From Chrysomallon squamiferum (lineage: Eukaryota > Animalia > Mollusca): DNA of 64,000 bases. Under the pieces are notes generated by a model. The model made no database searches and was not told the origin of the DNA. It saw only the letters and a program-made list of their open reading frames with translations. How positions within the stretch are numbered: position 1 is the first letter of the stretch; each line of letters starts with the position of its first letter. Where the stretch lies: the NCBI GenBank assembly GCA_012295275.1, contig CM022677.1, positions 27,528,001 to 27,592,000 on the forward strand, in the 5' to 3' direction. Shown here piece after piece: positions 1 to 28,474 of this stretch. Both the position numbers and the translations under genes were made by a program.

Positions 1-2
1 AA

Positions 3-33
<31 letters not shown>

Positions 34-974
34 ACATAAACAAACAACTAAATAAATAAATTACAAATAATAATGATGATAATGATTATGATGATAATAA
101 TAAAGATGCTATTTATCTTGATGATGATTATTAATATTATGATGATAATAGGAACAAAATTAAAATGGAAAAAATGACTGCTTTTGTAGCTTATGAAACA
201 GAACAAAATCAATAAAAAATATCTTAATAAAATGTTTGAATATAAGGCTTTAATAATAAATGAAAATAAAAATAATGAAGAAACCTATAATATTTACAGT
301 TTAAAAAAGAAATGAATAACTGATATTTCTAGATCTTTAGAATAAAAATTAGAATGAAGATGATTTTCTTTTTTTAATTTCTTTTATAATAGCATCTTCA
401 AATTATATTTAAATGAATTTTTTATTTAATATTTTTTTTTATTTTAGTTATTTAACAAAAGTGGTATTTACTGATTTCATTTCATTTAAAAGTACCATCT
501 TTCTCTCTCTCTCTCTCTCTCTCAATCATATTTTTTTTTACTATTAATATGTTAACAACAACAAGAGCAGCAACAATTACAAATACAAGAAATATAGCAC
601 AAACAACAACAACAACAACAACAACAATTACAACCATAACAAAACAGTATTAATTAATTTAAAAGAAAGAAAAAAACAACAACAGATAACAAAATGAAAC
701 AAAAAAATAAAAGAACAATGAAATTAAAAACTATTAAACCAACAGGGCAGGCAACAAAACAACAAACAAAAAAAAAAAAAAAAAAAAAAAGGAAAAAGGA
801 AAAAAAAATAAAGAACCCACAACAGATTTTAAATACATTTTGTTTTATTACTTCTGAAACAGAATAAATAAATTTATATCACATGATTATTTAAAGAAAT
901 TTTTCTTCTTGAAATTTCTGAATCCCTTTTATTAATATGTAAAGTTTCTTAAAATCCTTCCCATTTCTCAGTTG

Positions 975-1790
975 AGTAAACTTTCTCCTTAAAAATCCTT
1001 CATTCCCTTTTCTTAATGAACTTTAACCTTAAAAATGTTTCATTCCCTTTTCTTAATGAACTGTATCCTTAAAAATCCTTCAATCCCTTTTCTTAATGAA
1101 CTTTAACCTTAAAAATGTTTCAATCCCTTTTCTTAATGAACTGTTCCTCAAAAATTTTCAGTTTTCTTAATGAATTTTTATTTAAAATTTTGAAATCTAA
1201 AGTTTCCTTTAAAATTATTCATTCCAATACAAGGTTCTTTCAGCATATAAGTTTTTATTTAAAAATCTTAGATTCAGGTTCCTTTTATTATTCCTCACCA
1301 ATACAAGGTTCCTCCAGCATATGAAGTTCTTGTTTAAAAATCTTAGATTCAGTCTCCATATAATATCTTCCTTATGACAATAGTTTCCCCACTTTATGTT
1401 AATTATAAACATCATCCCTTAAAATCCAAGATTTCCTTTTGTATAAAGTGTAAACATGATCCTTACAATCCCAGATTTCCTTTTAAAAAAAGTATAAACA
1501 TGATCCTTATGATCCTAGATTTCCTTTTTGTATAATGTATAAACATGATCCTTAAAATCCTAGATTCCTTTTTGTCATATAATGTATAAACATGATCCTT
1601 AAAATCCTAGATTTCCTTTTTAAGAATAATGTATAAATATAATCAATAAAATCCTGCACTTCCTTTTCGTGTAAGTAAACATGATCCTTAAAATTCTAGA
1701 TTTCTTTTTCATAAAAAAGTGTAAACATCATTCCTTTCAAATTGGAGATTTCCTTTTCATATGAAGTGTAAACATTCTTAAAATCTTCAT
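975..1790. repeat. Compound minisatellite: ~39-bp units grading into ~43-bp units (CCTTAAAA...TTCCTTTT core)
   Basis: Recurring ccttaaaaatgtttcattcccttttcttaatgaact and aaacatgatccttaaaatcctagatttcctttt. Confidence 0.85.
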
Positions 1791-2360
1791 TTTTTACGTA
1801 TAATACAGAACACCCATCCTCCATACAATCATAGATCAACTCCTACCCATCCTAGGACATTTTTCTAGGCTTTCAGATCCTCCATTTTTTTTTGTCAGCC
1901 TTTACACAGAAATCCTTCAGCCTTGTTTAAGCTGAATAAGCTTCAAGTACAAAATATTCCAGAGATTCAGTAACTATTCTTAGAAAGTATCTATTTTCAG
2001 GGTGAGAAAATATCCAGTAAAATGTTTTTAATTTTTCGTAGCTAATATTCAGGTTTTTCTATCTGTTACTAAAATGGACAAGTTTCAGGGGATGCCAGAT
2101 TTGCTTATGTAAAAAATGAGAGTTTTCGGGGTAAAATTAATGTTTGACTAAATCTTTGTGGATATAAGGTTAATTTATATATATATATATATATATATAT
2201 AAATATATAATTGTGTGCTAAAAGAACAGGAAAGCTCTAACAGTACATGTATAATCGACAAGGGTTAATAAATCTAGAACAGTTTCTAATCCTCTCTGAA
2301 AATAAAAATAAACAAAGAAAGAAAGAAAATGAATAAACAAATAAATAAATAAATAAATAA

Positions 2361-2392
<32 letters not shown>

Positions 2393-2634
2393 GTAAATAA
2401 ATAAAAACAATAATAAAGTAATAAATTAAAAAATAAAATAAATAAAAAAAATTTAAAAAAAAAAAAAATAAAAAAATAAATAAATAAAGTCAGTACAGCA
2501 AAATTGAAAAACAATTATGATCAGACATTTGTCATATATTTACAAATAAATTAAAAATATAAATAAATAAATCATAAAAAAAGAAGAAGAAATAAATAAA
2601 ACTAAAGATCAAAATTCTCAGTTGTCTACATCAA

Positions 2635-2790
2635 ATAATTTGACTACTTCATATATCATTTGACCACTTGTACATCATGTGACTATTTCGAGCATCATTC
2701 GACTACTTCCAATATCATTTGCCTACTTCAAGCATCATTTTACTACTTCTAATATCATTTGGCTACTTCACACACCATTTTGATTATTTC
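2635..2790. repeat. ~21-bp minisatellite (tttgactacttc..atcat)
   Basis: About 7 degenerate tandem copies. Confidence 0.75.
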
Positions 2791-3044
2791 AGAGATGCCT
2801 TGGTTTAGAAGAAGACTGTTGTTGTCTGTCTGTCTGTCTATATGTCTTTCTGTCAGTCTGTGTACAAAATGATCTGGTTATGTCAAAGACATTTTTTTTT
2901 CTGCAAAACTTCATTTCACTTGTCCAGACAATTTTAAAAACACTCAGAAACACCTTTTGGCTCCTTCAGAAACATTTTGGCTCCTTCAGAAACACTTTGG
3001 CTCCTTCAAACACTCTCTGCTAACTTGAAAAAGCAACTTGGATT

Positions 3045-3575
3045 TATTTCCAAATACAAGATAGTTGTTTCAGATAGAAGAAACGGTTGTTTCAAACATG
3101 AGGTGGTTGTTTCAAACAAAAGATGATTGTTTCAAAAAAGGGATTGTTTCAAACAGAAAACATGAGGTGGTTGTTTCAAACAAAAAATGGTTGTTTCAAA
3201 TACAAGAGGTGGCTGCTTCAATGGAAAAACATCCATTCAAACACAGGACAGTTGCTTCAAACAAGATGATTGTTTCAAATACAAGATAGTAATGTTAAAC
3301 ACAAAATGATTGTTTCAAACAGTGAGTGTTGCTTCAAACACATACAGTGTTTCAAACATAAAATCACTGTTTCAAAATGGTTGTTTCAACTATAAGATGG
3401 TTGTTTTGAATAAAAGATGGTTGTTTCAAATATAAGATAGTTGTTTCAAACACAAAATGGCTGTTTCAAATACAAAATGGTTGTTCCAAATATAAGAAGG
3501 TTGTTTTGAATAAAAGACAGTTGTTTCAAATAAAAGACAGTTGTTTCAAACACACAATGGCTGTTTCAAACATAT
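3045..3575. repeat. ~21-bp minisatellite (ggttgtttcaaacacaagat)
   Basis: More than 20 degenerate tandem copies of the TTGTTTCAAA core; source of ORFs 3065 and 3506. Confidence 0.88.
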
Positions 3576-4193
3576 TATTATACTTCCTGTATTTGAGATG
3601 TTATGGTTGTTCCGTTTTGCAATATTTAAACATAAACAAGTTCTGTATGATAAACACAGAAATATCTCATTCCTCTACCAGCTTCACACAACAACATACT
3701 TGAAAATGTATTTATGAATCACACAAATGCACTTATAGATACTAAACCAAATAGACAGATGGATGGACAACATAGAGGACAAAAATTATCAGGTAGGCAG
3801 TTAAAATTATATACAGATGTTAAAACATGCAAACCCCTCCAAAAAATGTAGTTTCATGCAAAAACAAACTGTTAATCACATGCAAACATTCATGCAGACA
3901 GAAATGCATGCACATAACAAAAAAAAAAAAAAAAAAAAAAACAGACATAAAAGTATGAAAAAAGGTAAAAGCATGCAAAACGACATAAGCTGACAGACAT
4001 ACAAAGAGACAGACAGTAATAACGGTAATAAATATTGTTTTGTTTATTATATATTTTGTTGTATATATATACATACGCTGACACACTGACATACACACAC
4101 ACAATAATAAATAAATATTTAAATAAATAAATAAATAAATAAATAAACAAATAAATAAATAAATAAATAAATAGACAAACAAACAAAGGTTAC

Positions 4194-18211
<14,018 letters not shown>

Positions 18212-18303
18212 GATTCAGTCTTTGGTGTCTAAGAAATAAATAAATAAATAAATCTATTTTAATTTATCGCAATAAATAATGAATAAAAGTATTTATTATT
18301 GTA

Positions 18304-18342
<39 letters not shown>

Positions 18343-18910
18343 ACAATAAAAATAAATCTTCACTTGAAATCGGACTACACTTAGAATTAAATATAAATAA
18401 ATCATGTCATTTTCTAACTGGTAATAAAAGTATACATGCAAAGGATACTAATCATTTGTCATTATAATCTGATTAACATTTTTATAATTGTTTTAAAGGT
18501 TAATAATAATAATAATAATAATAATAATGATGATGATGATAATGAATGAATTAATTATATTTAGATAAAACATGAAGATTATTCAGCATTTTCACTAACA
18601 TTAATTATGTATTTTGTGATTCTTTAATTATTTAATAAACTGATATTTTAAAAATTGTATATAATTTATTAATGTTATACAGATTTATTTTTAGAGATAT
18701 TTTGCTGTATTATTTTTTGTAAATTTTCAAGTGTTTGTTGTTTCAGATGATTACATATTCCATTTAAAACCTATAAAGTTTATTAACGGCATAACGGCAG
18801 AAGTCAAATTTTGGACACTATGACATTGCGATCAACATAAATAAAAATAACAAGGTCGTCTGAATAAACCATTTAATCGTTAAATAACAAATATACAAAT
18901 CGTTTCTTAC

Positions 18911-19020
18911 CTTTCTATGTTACTGTATTAAAGATTTTCACTTCTTTAATTAATTTTGTTTAGACAACAGAATCAGTCACACATCCTTGCAAAGTATCAC
19001 CAACAGTCGCCATTTTGGTT
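18911..19020 (-). other. DNAH6: Probable non-coding first exon of DNAH6 (5' boundary approximate)
   Basis: AAG/gtaaga donor at 18911/18910 inside a CpG-containing island; the next exon has an acceptor upstream of its ATG. Confidence 0.6.
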
Positions 19021-19045
19021 ACATTCGTAACTTGGCAACGTTACG
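19008..19045. promoter_or_regulatory. Putative DNAH6 promoter elements: RFX X-box-like GTAACTTGGCAAC (19027-19039) and YY1-like CGCCATTTT (19008-19016)
   Basis: Motif matches at the inferred start of a motile-cilia gene, within a CpG-retaining region. Confidence 0.5.
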
Positions 19046-19227
19046 GAAAGAGCCGATTAATGCGAAGATGATTTCGGTTTTTCCGGAACATTATTGATCG
19101 GCTGGTTTTCGTCAGGTTTATAAATAAAACGTAATCTACCGGTATCGTAACTTTTTCAGTTTTATGTTATTTTTATGTCCACATTACTGTTATTTACTTC
19201 TACTTCTTATACGAACATAACAACTTC

Positions 19228-19274
<47 letters not shown>

Positions 19275-19554
19275 TGATGATGATGATGATTTTTTTATGT
19301 TTTTATTTATTTTTTTTTTTTTTTGTAGTAAAATGTTTAAATACATACACCTATACATATACATATATAATTTGTTAATTTCTGTTTCATTCTTATCTTG
19401 AATTAAATTATTCACACAGAGACAAATACACACACGCACAGACACGAACACGCACATAAACATACAAATATATATTTAACTAGTTCATTATTTTCTTTAA
19501 GCTGGTCTTGTATGTCTTACTCTGTATACTAATTATTATTGCTGTTGTTATTTG

Positions 19555-19609
<55 letters not shown>

Positions 19610-19684
19610 TGTGTCACTTGCTACTTCCTAACTCAAAATAAAAGAAAATAATATAGACTTTTGGAATTCTGTATTTTTTTAAAA

Positions 19685-19743
<59 letters not shown>

Positions 19744-20479
19744 ATCATATGACTAAACAAATTATTTATTTGTTTATTTATTTTTAAATTTTATTAATGA
19801 GTCAAGGAAGCACGTGTTTGTATGGTACAAATAATATATGCAGATTTTTTCTCTTTTTTCTTGCATTTGAAATAAAGCGTATATATTTGTTAGTTTATGT
19901 GTGTTTCTGGGTTCGTCCAAATGCATGTGCTTTCGTCTGTGTCTGTGATGAGAGAGAAATTCCGAAGAAACTCATAAAAAAAGAAACAAACTCGGAAAAA
20001 GAAACAACAATTTTATTTATAATAAAAGAGCAAAAACATTTCAAGTTTGTGAAAATATACATATCTGGTGATAAAATACAAAGCCCCTCATCACACACAT
20101 ACACATACGCACACACACACACTCCCAAAAACAATGCAGGTACATATGCACATAATTATAATGAATAAAAAGATAACAAAGCTTGTTTCACACTTACAAC
20201 CTCACATACACATCCAGATGTACAATCATGTACATTTTAATACTGTCACAGAATATTATCATATACAATATACTTATATAGCAACAATTTCTGGTGAATA
20301 ATCTCTCTCTCAGTCACACAAACCGTACGCAGTTGCTTATTACAATAAATGTAATAACTGAAAGGCTTAATTATATATCTTATATTATTTATTTTAAACT
20401 GGTAGACTATGTAATTAATTTCATGAAGTATTCAAAATTTGATACACAGACGTAAATTATGAACATTCCGAAGTTTTCC

Positions 20480-20645
20480 GATAACGTTGTCGATGTCCTC
20501 CGAAAGTTGGCTGCAATAAAAAGTCACCATTAGGTAGATCGGTATTTTATACGTGTTCCGCTAGACAGGGAAGATTTTGCGTGTCATTTAACAGTCGAGA
20601 AGACCAGTCTAGGGCTTAAAGAAGAGGAACAGATAATTGAGAAAG
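20480..20645 (+). other. Candidate non-coding first exon of tropomodulin (5' boundary approximate)
   Basis: CpG-rich patch ending in AAG/gttagt donor followed by a T-rich intron start. Confidence 0.45.
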
Positions 20646-22981
20646 GTTAGTTTGTTGTTTTGTATATTTTTTGCGTTAATATGGTTCATTTAGAGTTGAT
20701 TTGTTGAATCATGCTTTATTTTAACCATGTATGTTGTCTCTATATATTATATATCATTATTGCATTTCTAAATGATTGCCCATATATGGTCAATGCCCTT
20801 CGTTCAAAAGTAGCTATTCTGTCTATTCAAAGGATATTCAATGGACATTATAATCATAATGTGCAAAAATATGTCAGCTGTAAGACTATCGGATAGGCTG
20901 TAAGTAAAGATCTGTTATTAAATATCATGTCAATTTTTATATCAATCTAATATATGTGTAAAACGTAACAATCGTTACATTGTTGTGTGGTTTAGACTTG
21001 GTCACAATAATGAATAAATGAATATCAGAATAATCACCATGCATAATTGTATAAATATAAATAATGAGTTGCCAGATTGGTGTAATAAAAGAATATTATA
21101 AAGATACTGAGTAGAGATAATCTTCTAACTATAGTCATTACTTTATATACATGTATTTACATATGTATATAAAATATATTATATATACTAATTAAATTTG
21201 ATTTATATCTGAATGTTTGTAGCTGCAGTAATTTTTTCTGTTTGTGAGACTAAATTTTAAGAGAAAAGGGAGAAATATTTCAATGGAATGTACGTTATTT
21301 TGTGTCAAAAATTCAAAATCTAAAAGTTTATAAATATTCCTTATATTGTTGATGTTAATCCAAGTTTCTCTTCCTAGTTTTTTCTTTCTTCCATCTGTGA
21401 CTTCTGTCTTCCAATTCATCGTCTTTGAAAATAAATACAATAAAATCATTTTTATTAAACAAATAAGAAAGAAATTAACTTCTGTATGAGAAAGAGAGAG
21501 AGAACATTAAAATAAAATGTACACATGCTTGCTAGCACTTTTTCATTTAAAGAATCTTTGCCTTAAAACACAATACATCTATTAAATCATCCAGAATCAT
21601 AATTTCTCACACAGAGCTGTAGAGGAAGATAAAATGCATATGCATATTTTTTTTCAATAATTAATTCTCTTTTTAAATCTTGTTTCATTACAGTTAAAAT
21701 ATCTTTAACTGCTATATGTTTTCACTGTATTCTCATTTATGTAATTACCAGTAATCAAAAATCCCTGAAACAAACATGAGTGGTTTGAAAGTAAAATTGA
21801 AACCTGAAAGATCACAATATTAATCCTTCTGTGGTGCCCGTTGAGGCCCCCACCCCATTTCTGATAGTACTGAAAGTTTGGTTAAACAAAATTCAGAATA
21901 AAGAAAATACTGTTTCTCTTTATATTCTTTTTGATGGTTATATTATAGAAGAAATACATTTCAAAATTAATAATTACATTGTGATTATTGTTGTTATTAT
22001 TATTATTTTGAATTCACATACTTTTATTTATTTATTTATAATATTAATGTGGTAATCTGTTATAATTATAATGTATTACAAAAAATATTTATTATTATTT
22101 TTTTTACTGAATATTTATTTATTTTATGATGATAATAGTATTAACACTAATGATGACAGATGTTCCAGACTGATCTGACATTTCCTGTTTTTTTTACATC
22201 TAACCTAATCTGGTAATGTAATAATAATTGCAATCAATGAATCATATCTTCCTGTATATATATATACATATTACAGAGAGAGTGAGAGAGAAGGATATGT
22301 GTATGTATAAAATTAAAACTCTTCAAATCACAGCAGACAAAACCCCATTCAGTATTCAGTTTACATACAGGACATGAAATGACAAATATTTACATAATTA
22401 ATTACCGACTGGCTAGAAAAACGAGTTAAGTCACTGCCAGTCCTGTGTTTACGCAGAGAAACGTTTACAGTGAGTAAACACAGAGTTAAGTTAACTTTAG
22501 CCACGAAAAGGAAGTGGTGTTCAGGTAGCTTGGTGCTGACCAACAGGTAGGAAGTGAGTTTTAGCTGGACATCTTAAACTGGACATCTTGAACTGTGAAA
22601 GTTTTAAGTTTGTTTTGGTCTTTGAGTGAAGACTTTTACAACAGATGGTGTTTAGTGTAGTGAAGTGTTTGTGTTTTAAGGTGGTTTTTTTATTTTACAG
22701 AGCAGTTTAATATTGTTTTTGAAGTTGAAATATGTTCATACAGTTTGTATTGTAAGTTAGTACATTTAAAAAGAAAAAAATAGTTTTAAGTTAGAATTTA
22801 AAATGACAGTTATGAAGTAGTGTTGGTGTTTGTTTCTAGATATCAAATGTAGAAGGAATTTGCTAGTAATGTTTACTTAAAATACGTTTATAAATTTTAG
22901 AGTCATTTTTGAATTTATTACCTTTTTCAGTTTTTGATTGTTTCATTATTGTCATTTATTTATTTATTTATTTATTTATTT

Positions 22982-23274
22982 CAAGGGTCTGAAACATGTG
23001 GCCCACAGACTAATTGTATGTGGCCCCTGATCACCCCATTGTTTGCATGTTGTTCTGTCGTTGCCACAGAACTTGCCATATTCCAGAAAACGAGATCTAA
23101 TATTCAGTAAAATGTTTGATGTATCACATTTGTTTACTTATCAGCTTTGCTGTGTAGCTCCTGAATTATGTAACACCCACCCCCACCCATTCCACACCCT
23201 TGTTCTAGGCTCCCTGGACCTCTTCTCAAGTGCTACATAAAACTCCTTTTCTTTCCTTAAGTTTGAGATCCCTG
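22982..23274. mobile_element. Non-autonomous hAT-like (Charlie/Buster-type) MITE, 293 bp
   Basis: Ends CAAGGGTCTGAAAC and GTTTGAGATCCCTG are 14-bp imperfect TIRs; subterminal GGCCC motifs; identical 8-bp flanks ATTTATTT (low complexity). Confidence 0.7.
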
Positions 23275-23630
23275 ATTTATTTATTTTTTACTTATTATGT
23301 GGATAGATACTGACTGCAAGAAATTAGCACTGTTAAAGTAAATATTTACCTAATTATTTTCATTTTTACCATTCAGATGATTTACACAGCCCAAACAATG
23401 ATTTTTTTTATATGGTTATATTTCTTTTATTCTTTCTGCATTATTTTAGTAGATGTTAAAGTACAAGACCATTTATCTCTGACTTCCAGAAAAACAAAAA
23501 AAACAGGCTTATTTTTAAGTTTATTTTTATTATTCCTTTGTCGAATACCATCTTTGTTTGTTTATTAATTTGTTTCATTATTTATCTTTTTTTCATTCTT
23601 TATCTTTTTCATTGGTCATTATATATTTTT

Positions 23631-23683
<53 letters not shown>

Positions 23684-26015
23684 TTCATCCAGAAAACCAT
23701 AAAATTCACAAACCCTGATCTCATGCGGACCTCAAACTGCCATATAAATGGTCTGCTACTTGAATATTCTACAGCTACATGTCATTTATTTCATTACTGT
23801 TAGAATACTAAGAGATATATAAGATATTTCACACTCTGTTTTTTAGCAGGACTCTGTCAGTGAAAAAATATTTTAAGATTTTCTTCCTTCTGTTAAGAAT
23901 TTAAAAAAAGATAATGAAATTCGAAAAAATTGTTTTTAAAATTTATTTTATGTTTTACTTTACTGGACTATTCTTTACTTTACTTTACTTTATTTTGGAT
24001 TCTTATACTTTTTTTGTAGTAAATGTGCTTATGTATATATTTTTTGGATGGTATTTCTAGACCGACCTAATATATCTTAATTATTGGTAAATGTTTTAAT
24101 TAATCAACATTATATCACTAAATTATTAATGTCTTTTATAGAGAATAACATAAATATGTCTGATATTTTTCTGTGATTAATATTTCTAAAATGTATAATG
24201 ATAATAAATTAAATATGATTAATATATGAGTGTGTTATTTACAGACAGAAATTGGAAGTTAGCAGAGATAGAGGAAAAGAGAAATATATTCATATAGAAG
24301 AAAAAATAATCAAGAAAAATTCAGAATTATTTATCTTTTATATAAATAAAACATATTTTTTAAGGAAGACAGTTATTAGAAATACTTTAATAATTTAACC
24401 TACTGCCATAACACATACAAGAAAAAGAAAAAAAAATGAAATAAATAAATAAATAATAAAGCAATGTGAAACAAAAATATTTAATTCTCTGTTCACAGTC
24501 TCTTGATTTTCTTTAATAATAATAAAAAAAAAAAAAAAAATTAAATATATTCACCTGTATCCTGCTCATTTACTCATTCTTCTAAAAATATCATTTTAAA
24601 ATAAATTATAATTACCCAGTGAATTAAAAATAACAACTATATTAAAACTCACCTCTTTCCATGTATAGGATAGACTAGATAATGCAGACAGTTATAAAGA
24701 TGTGGACACTTATGTAAAGAGTAGACAATTATGTAAAAATGTAGACAGTTACATAAAGATGTAGACAGTGGCATACAAACAGGTTGAGCGTTGTAATATA
24801 TATGGCTATAAGTACTTTTACGTGATGTGTGTTCTTTTCGACACTGATGAAGTTTCATTCTGGCAAGCATCCCATGTAAAGCTTTGGCTACAGTTTAACC
24901 ACAATATACAGACATTACAAGTCATGTACTGGTCTGGAACAAAAGATCATAACTATTTTTATTACTGAAACCCAAAGACATTACTTAGATATTTGTACAT
25001 ATTTTTTTTTTAAAAGTGAAATTCAAAAATAATATTTAAATATTTGTTCATGGATTTTTTTCAGCCATAAATGTGCTGTTTTGTTAACATTTCACAATAT
25101 GTGTGTGTTTCAGTGTGTATGTGTGTGTTTCAGTCATTTGTGAAATGAAATTTTGATTTTTAATTCTGAAACTGAAGGAAGAAAACTTGAAATATTTCAA
25201 GAATGATAACTTCCTTTCTCATAGAAGTCTTATTAAAGAGCATATGTATTTTTTTTTTGAATAAACCCATGAGAAATCACTTGATAGAAAGCATTTTTCT
25301 GATCTGAAATTTTGAAATTGTAAGAACACTTAGAAAGGAATTGTTTGTAGTAAGTCAAAGCTGTTGAATAGAGTCAAACCATAATATCTGAATGTCAAAA
25401 CTAAATAACGTTTGGTATAACTAATTTCTGTTAGAAAAATCTATAGACTATTTTCTATCATCAGACATTTTAATAGTCTATTATATAGTTTCTTAGATGA
25501 CTGAGTAATGAATCATAAATGGTGAGACTGACTCAAAACAAACCAGAAAGTAAAAGTTTGTTTTGTGTAATAATATCACCAGAAGAAAAAGAAATCACTG
25601 TATAACTGTTTATCATCAGCCATTTTATTATCTCTCTCTCTCTCTCTCTCTCTGTCACTCTCTCACCCTCTCTCTCTCTCTATATATATAATATAAGAAC
25701 ATTTACTAAAAATGTAAGAGCTGTTGATTACAAAATAACTAGAATATAGTCAAAGTAAAGTTGTTTTTTCTTTAATTTTAAATTTATTATTATTATTATT
25801 ATTATTATTAATAAATTTCCATACCTATTTGAAATCATGAGATAATTTTCTAACATTAACACATCTGATTAGTCTGTTATATATAAAGTCCCAAGAACAC
25901 TTTGTATGACTTAAACATGGTGATAACATTAACACCACAATATTAAAAGCAAGTTTATTTTGTTTAACAAACTCCAGTCCTGTTAGAAATCACTGGATCT
26001 TTTCAAACATCAGCT

Positions 26016-26120
26016 ATTTGAATAGTCTGTTACATAATATTTGAATAGTCTGTTACATAATATTCAAATAGTCTGTTACATAATATTTAAATAGTCTGTT
26101 AAATAATATTTGAATAATAT
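26016..26120. repeat. 23-bp minisatellite (atttgaatagtctgttacataat)
   Basis: About 4.5 tandem copies. Confidence 0.85.
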
Positions 26121-26889
26121 TGTAAGAACTTGTAATAAAGAAAAGTGGGTAAGAAAACCACGATTTTGAATTGAAAAGGGTCTGAAGCAGAATATTTATG
26201 TTTTAAAAGTAAGTTTAGTTTATTTAACATTCTCATTATAAAATCACTGGATAATTTTCTTGTTGCAACAAGTTATCATTCTGATACAAGATGTTGAAGA
26301 ACATTAACTAAAGGATTTTTTGGTAGACAATCAGATCTGTTCTTTACAAGCTACAAGTCTGTACTGCTGATTTTGTTCTAGATTCATGATGTATTGGGTT
26401 ACTGTACCTTGTTGTGTTTCTGTTAATATCGGATGCACTGTAGTGTGAACAGAAAGGGTTTAACATATGTTAGTGAAACAGGATAATCTTTATGACTTGA
26501 TGAGCACACCAAAAAAATAACTTCATAACTGTGTGTATATACACACATACAGGTGCCTAGACTTTCTGTCTTACTAGTTTATAATATATCTAGTGTGGAA
26601 TTAACCCTTTGTACTCTGGTCAAATGTAAAGTAACATAAAAGAAAGAAAAACAACAGATCTAGCGTTTTATAGCGACAGATAAATGTGGGCTATATGCAG
26701 TAAAAACCATCTCCTAAACATATAATAATCTTCTGTTTTTACTGCTGTATATTAAACTTTATGTACAATAAACCTTTTGTAGTCTGGTGTTTGTAAAATA
26801 ACACAACAGCCATGAAATCTGACACTGAACACTTTATACAATGGCCTGACTGTGCATTTAAGCTATCTCCTTGTAATAGAACTTGCTTC

Positions 26890-27009
<120 letters not shown>

Positions 27010-28212
27010 AACTACTACTACTTCTTCGCTCCTCCTCCACCATATCTTTTACTGTCATATTTTGAAGTGGGTCTACTACTTTGGACTCAAACATTTTTGA
27101 ATAAAAACCAATTCCATAAAGTCAGAGATTATGTTAACACTTTGTACCATGTCTTGTAAATATATTCTGTATTCTCTTTTGTTGTCATATTTATGAAATA
27201 TGTCATCTAGTGTAGTATTAATACTTTGGACTCAAAACATTTTTAAATACAAATTCGATGAAAAATATCAGAGATATATGTCAAGGCTTTTTACAGTAAA
27301 TATATTCTTTGTTACTGTCATGATTTATTAAATGTATCTAGTGTAGTATTAAGACTTTGGACTCAGAACTTTTTTTTAAATCAAAAACAAATTCCTTAAA
27401 ATCAGATGTCTTGTAAATGTTTTCTGCATTCTTGTTGTCTTTTATCTAGTATAGTATTAACACTGTACGATTAAAAAAAAATAATAAAAAAAAGTTTTAT
27501 ATTCTCCAGACAAAAAAACATAGTAAAGGATTTTTGGTAGGAAAACAAAGCTGATTGAAAGAAATCAAACCAGAATATTTTTATATTAGAAGTAAGTTTA
27601 TTTTGTTTAATAAACCCTAACCCAATTAAAAAATCACAGAATACTTTTCTGTCTTGAGATAGTTTATATAATATTCAAAGAACACTTTATAAGATATTGT
27701 TTGTAGGAAATCAAAGCTTACGAATACAGAATAGAGTCAAACAAGAATATTTATATATTAAATGCAAGTTTATTTCATCAAAAATAAAAAGATTACTGGA
27801 TAACTTTCTATCTTCAGATAGTGTGTTATATTACATAACATTCCAAGAAAACATACTAAGAGATATGTTTTGTAGGAAACGAAAATAGACTGCGTAAAGT
27901 CTAGGTTAAGCTCACTGCCTGAAGTCTAGGTGAAAGAGACTGGGTAAAGTCTAGGTATAACCTTCACAGCATCAGGCAGAATTGCTGTTGTTTTCTGAAA
28001 CTGTGTTTAACCTGTGAAAGTCTGCCAACATCATAAAACTTATTTTTGTTTAAAAAAAAGGAAAAAAATAACAACAACTGGTTGAAAATCTTCACAGTGG
28101 TTGTATTGTGTAATTGAAAAGTGAAGAAAGTGGATGGTTAATTAAAATAGTTCTTACTGGTTGGATTTGTTTTTTTTAATTAATTAATTAATTAATTAAA
28201 GTACCTGGCATC

Positions 28213-28219
28213 ATGGCAG
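28213..28219 (+). CDS. TMOD: Tropomodulin start-codon exon end (ATG GCA G)
   Basis: ATC ATG G context, CAG/gtaggt donor; phase 1 joins the next exon to give MAALTRTM. The ATG at 30140 is an alternative start. Confidence 0.6.
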
Positions 28220-28424
28220 GTAGGTGATGATTGTGGGTTTTTTTTTTGAATTTTGTTTTTTGTTTTGTTTGTTTGTGTAAAGTTTTATAAAAATTATAAT
28301 TTTGTAAACATTTAAATTTCTGTCTTTTTGAAAATGAAATGATTTATGTTATTATTATTTTTTATATATTTATTTAATTAATTAATTAATTTATTTATAT
28401 TATTGTTTTTACTGTTGTTGTAAC

Positions 28425-28474
<50 letters not shown>

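Noticed and set aside
3045-3575. GTTTCAAA repeats and ORFs 3065..3289 and 3506..3703
   Set aside because: A ~21-bp degenerate minisatellite; the spacing is too short for CRISPR and the ORFs merely reflect the repeat.
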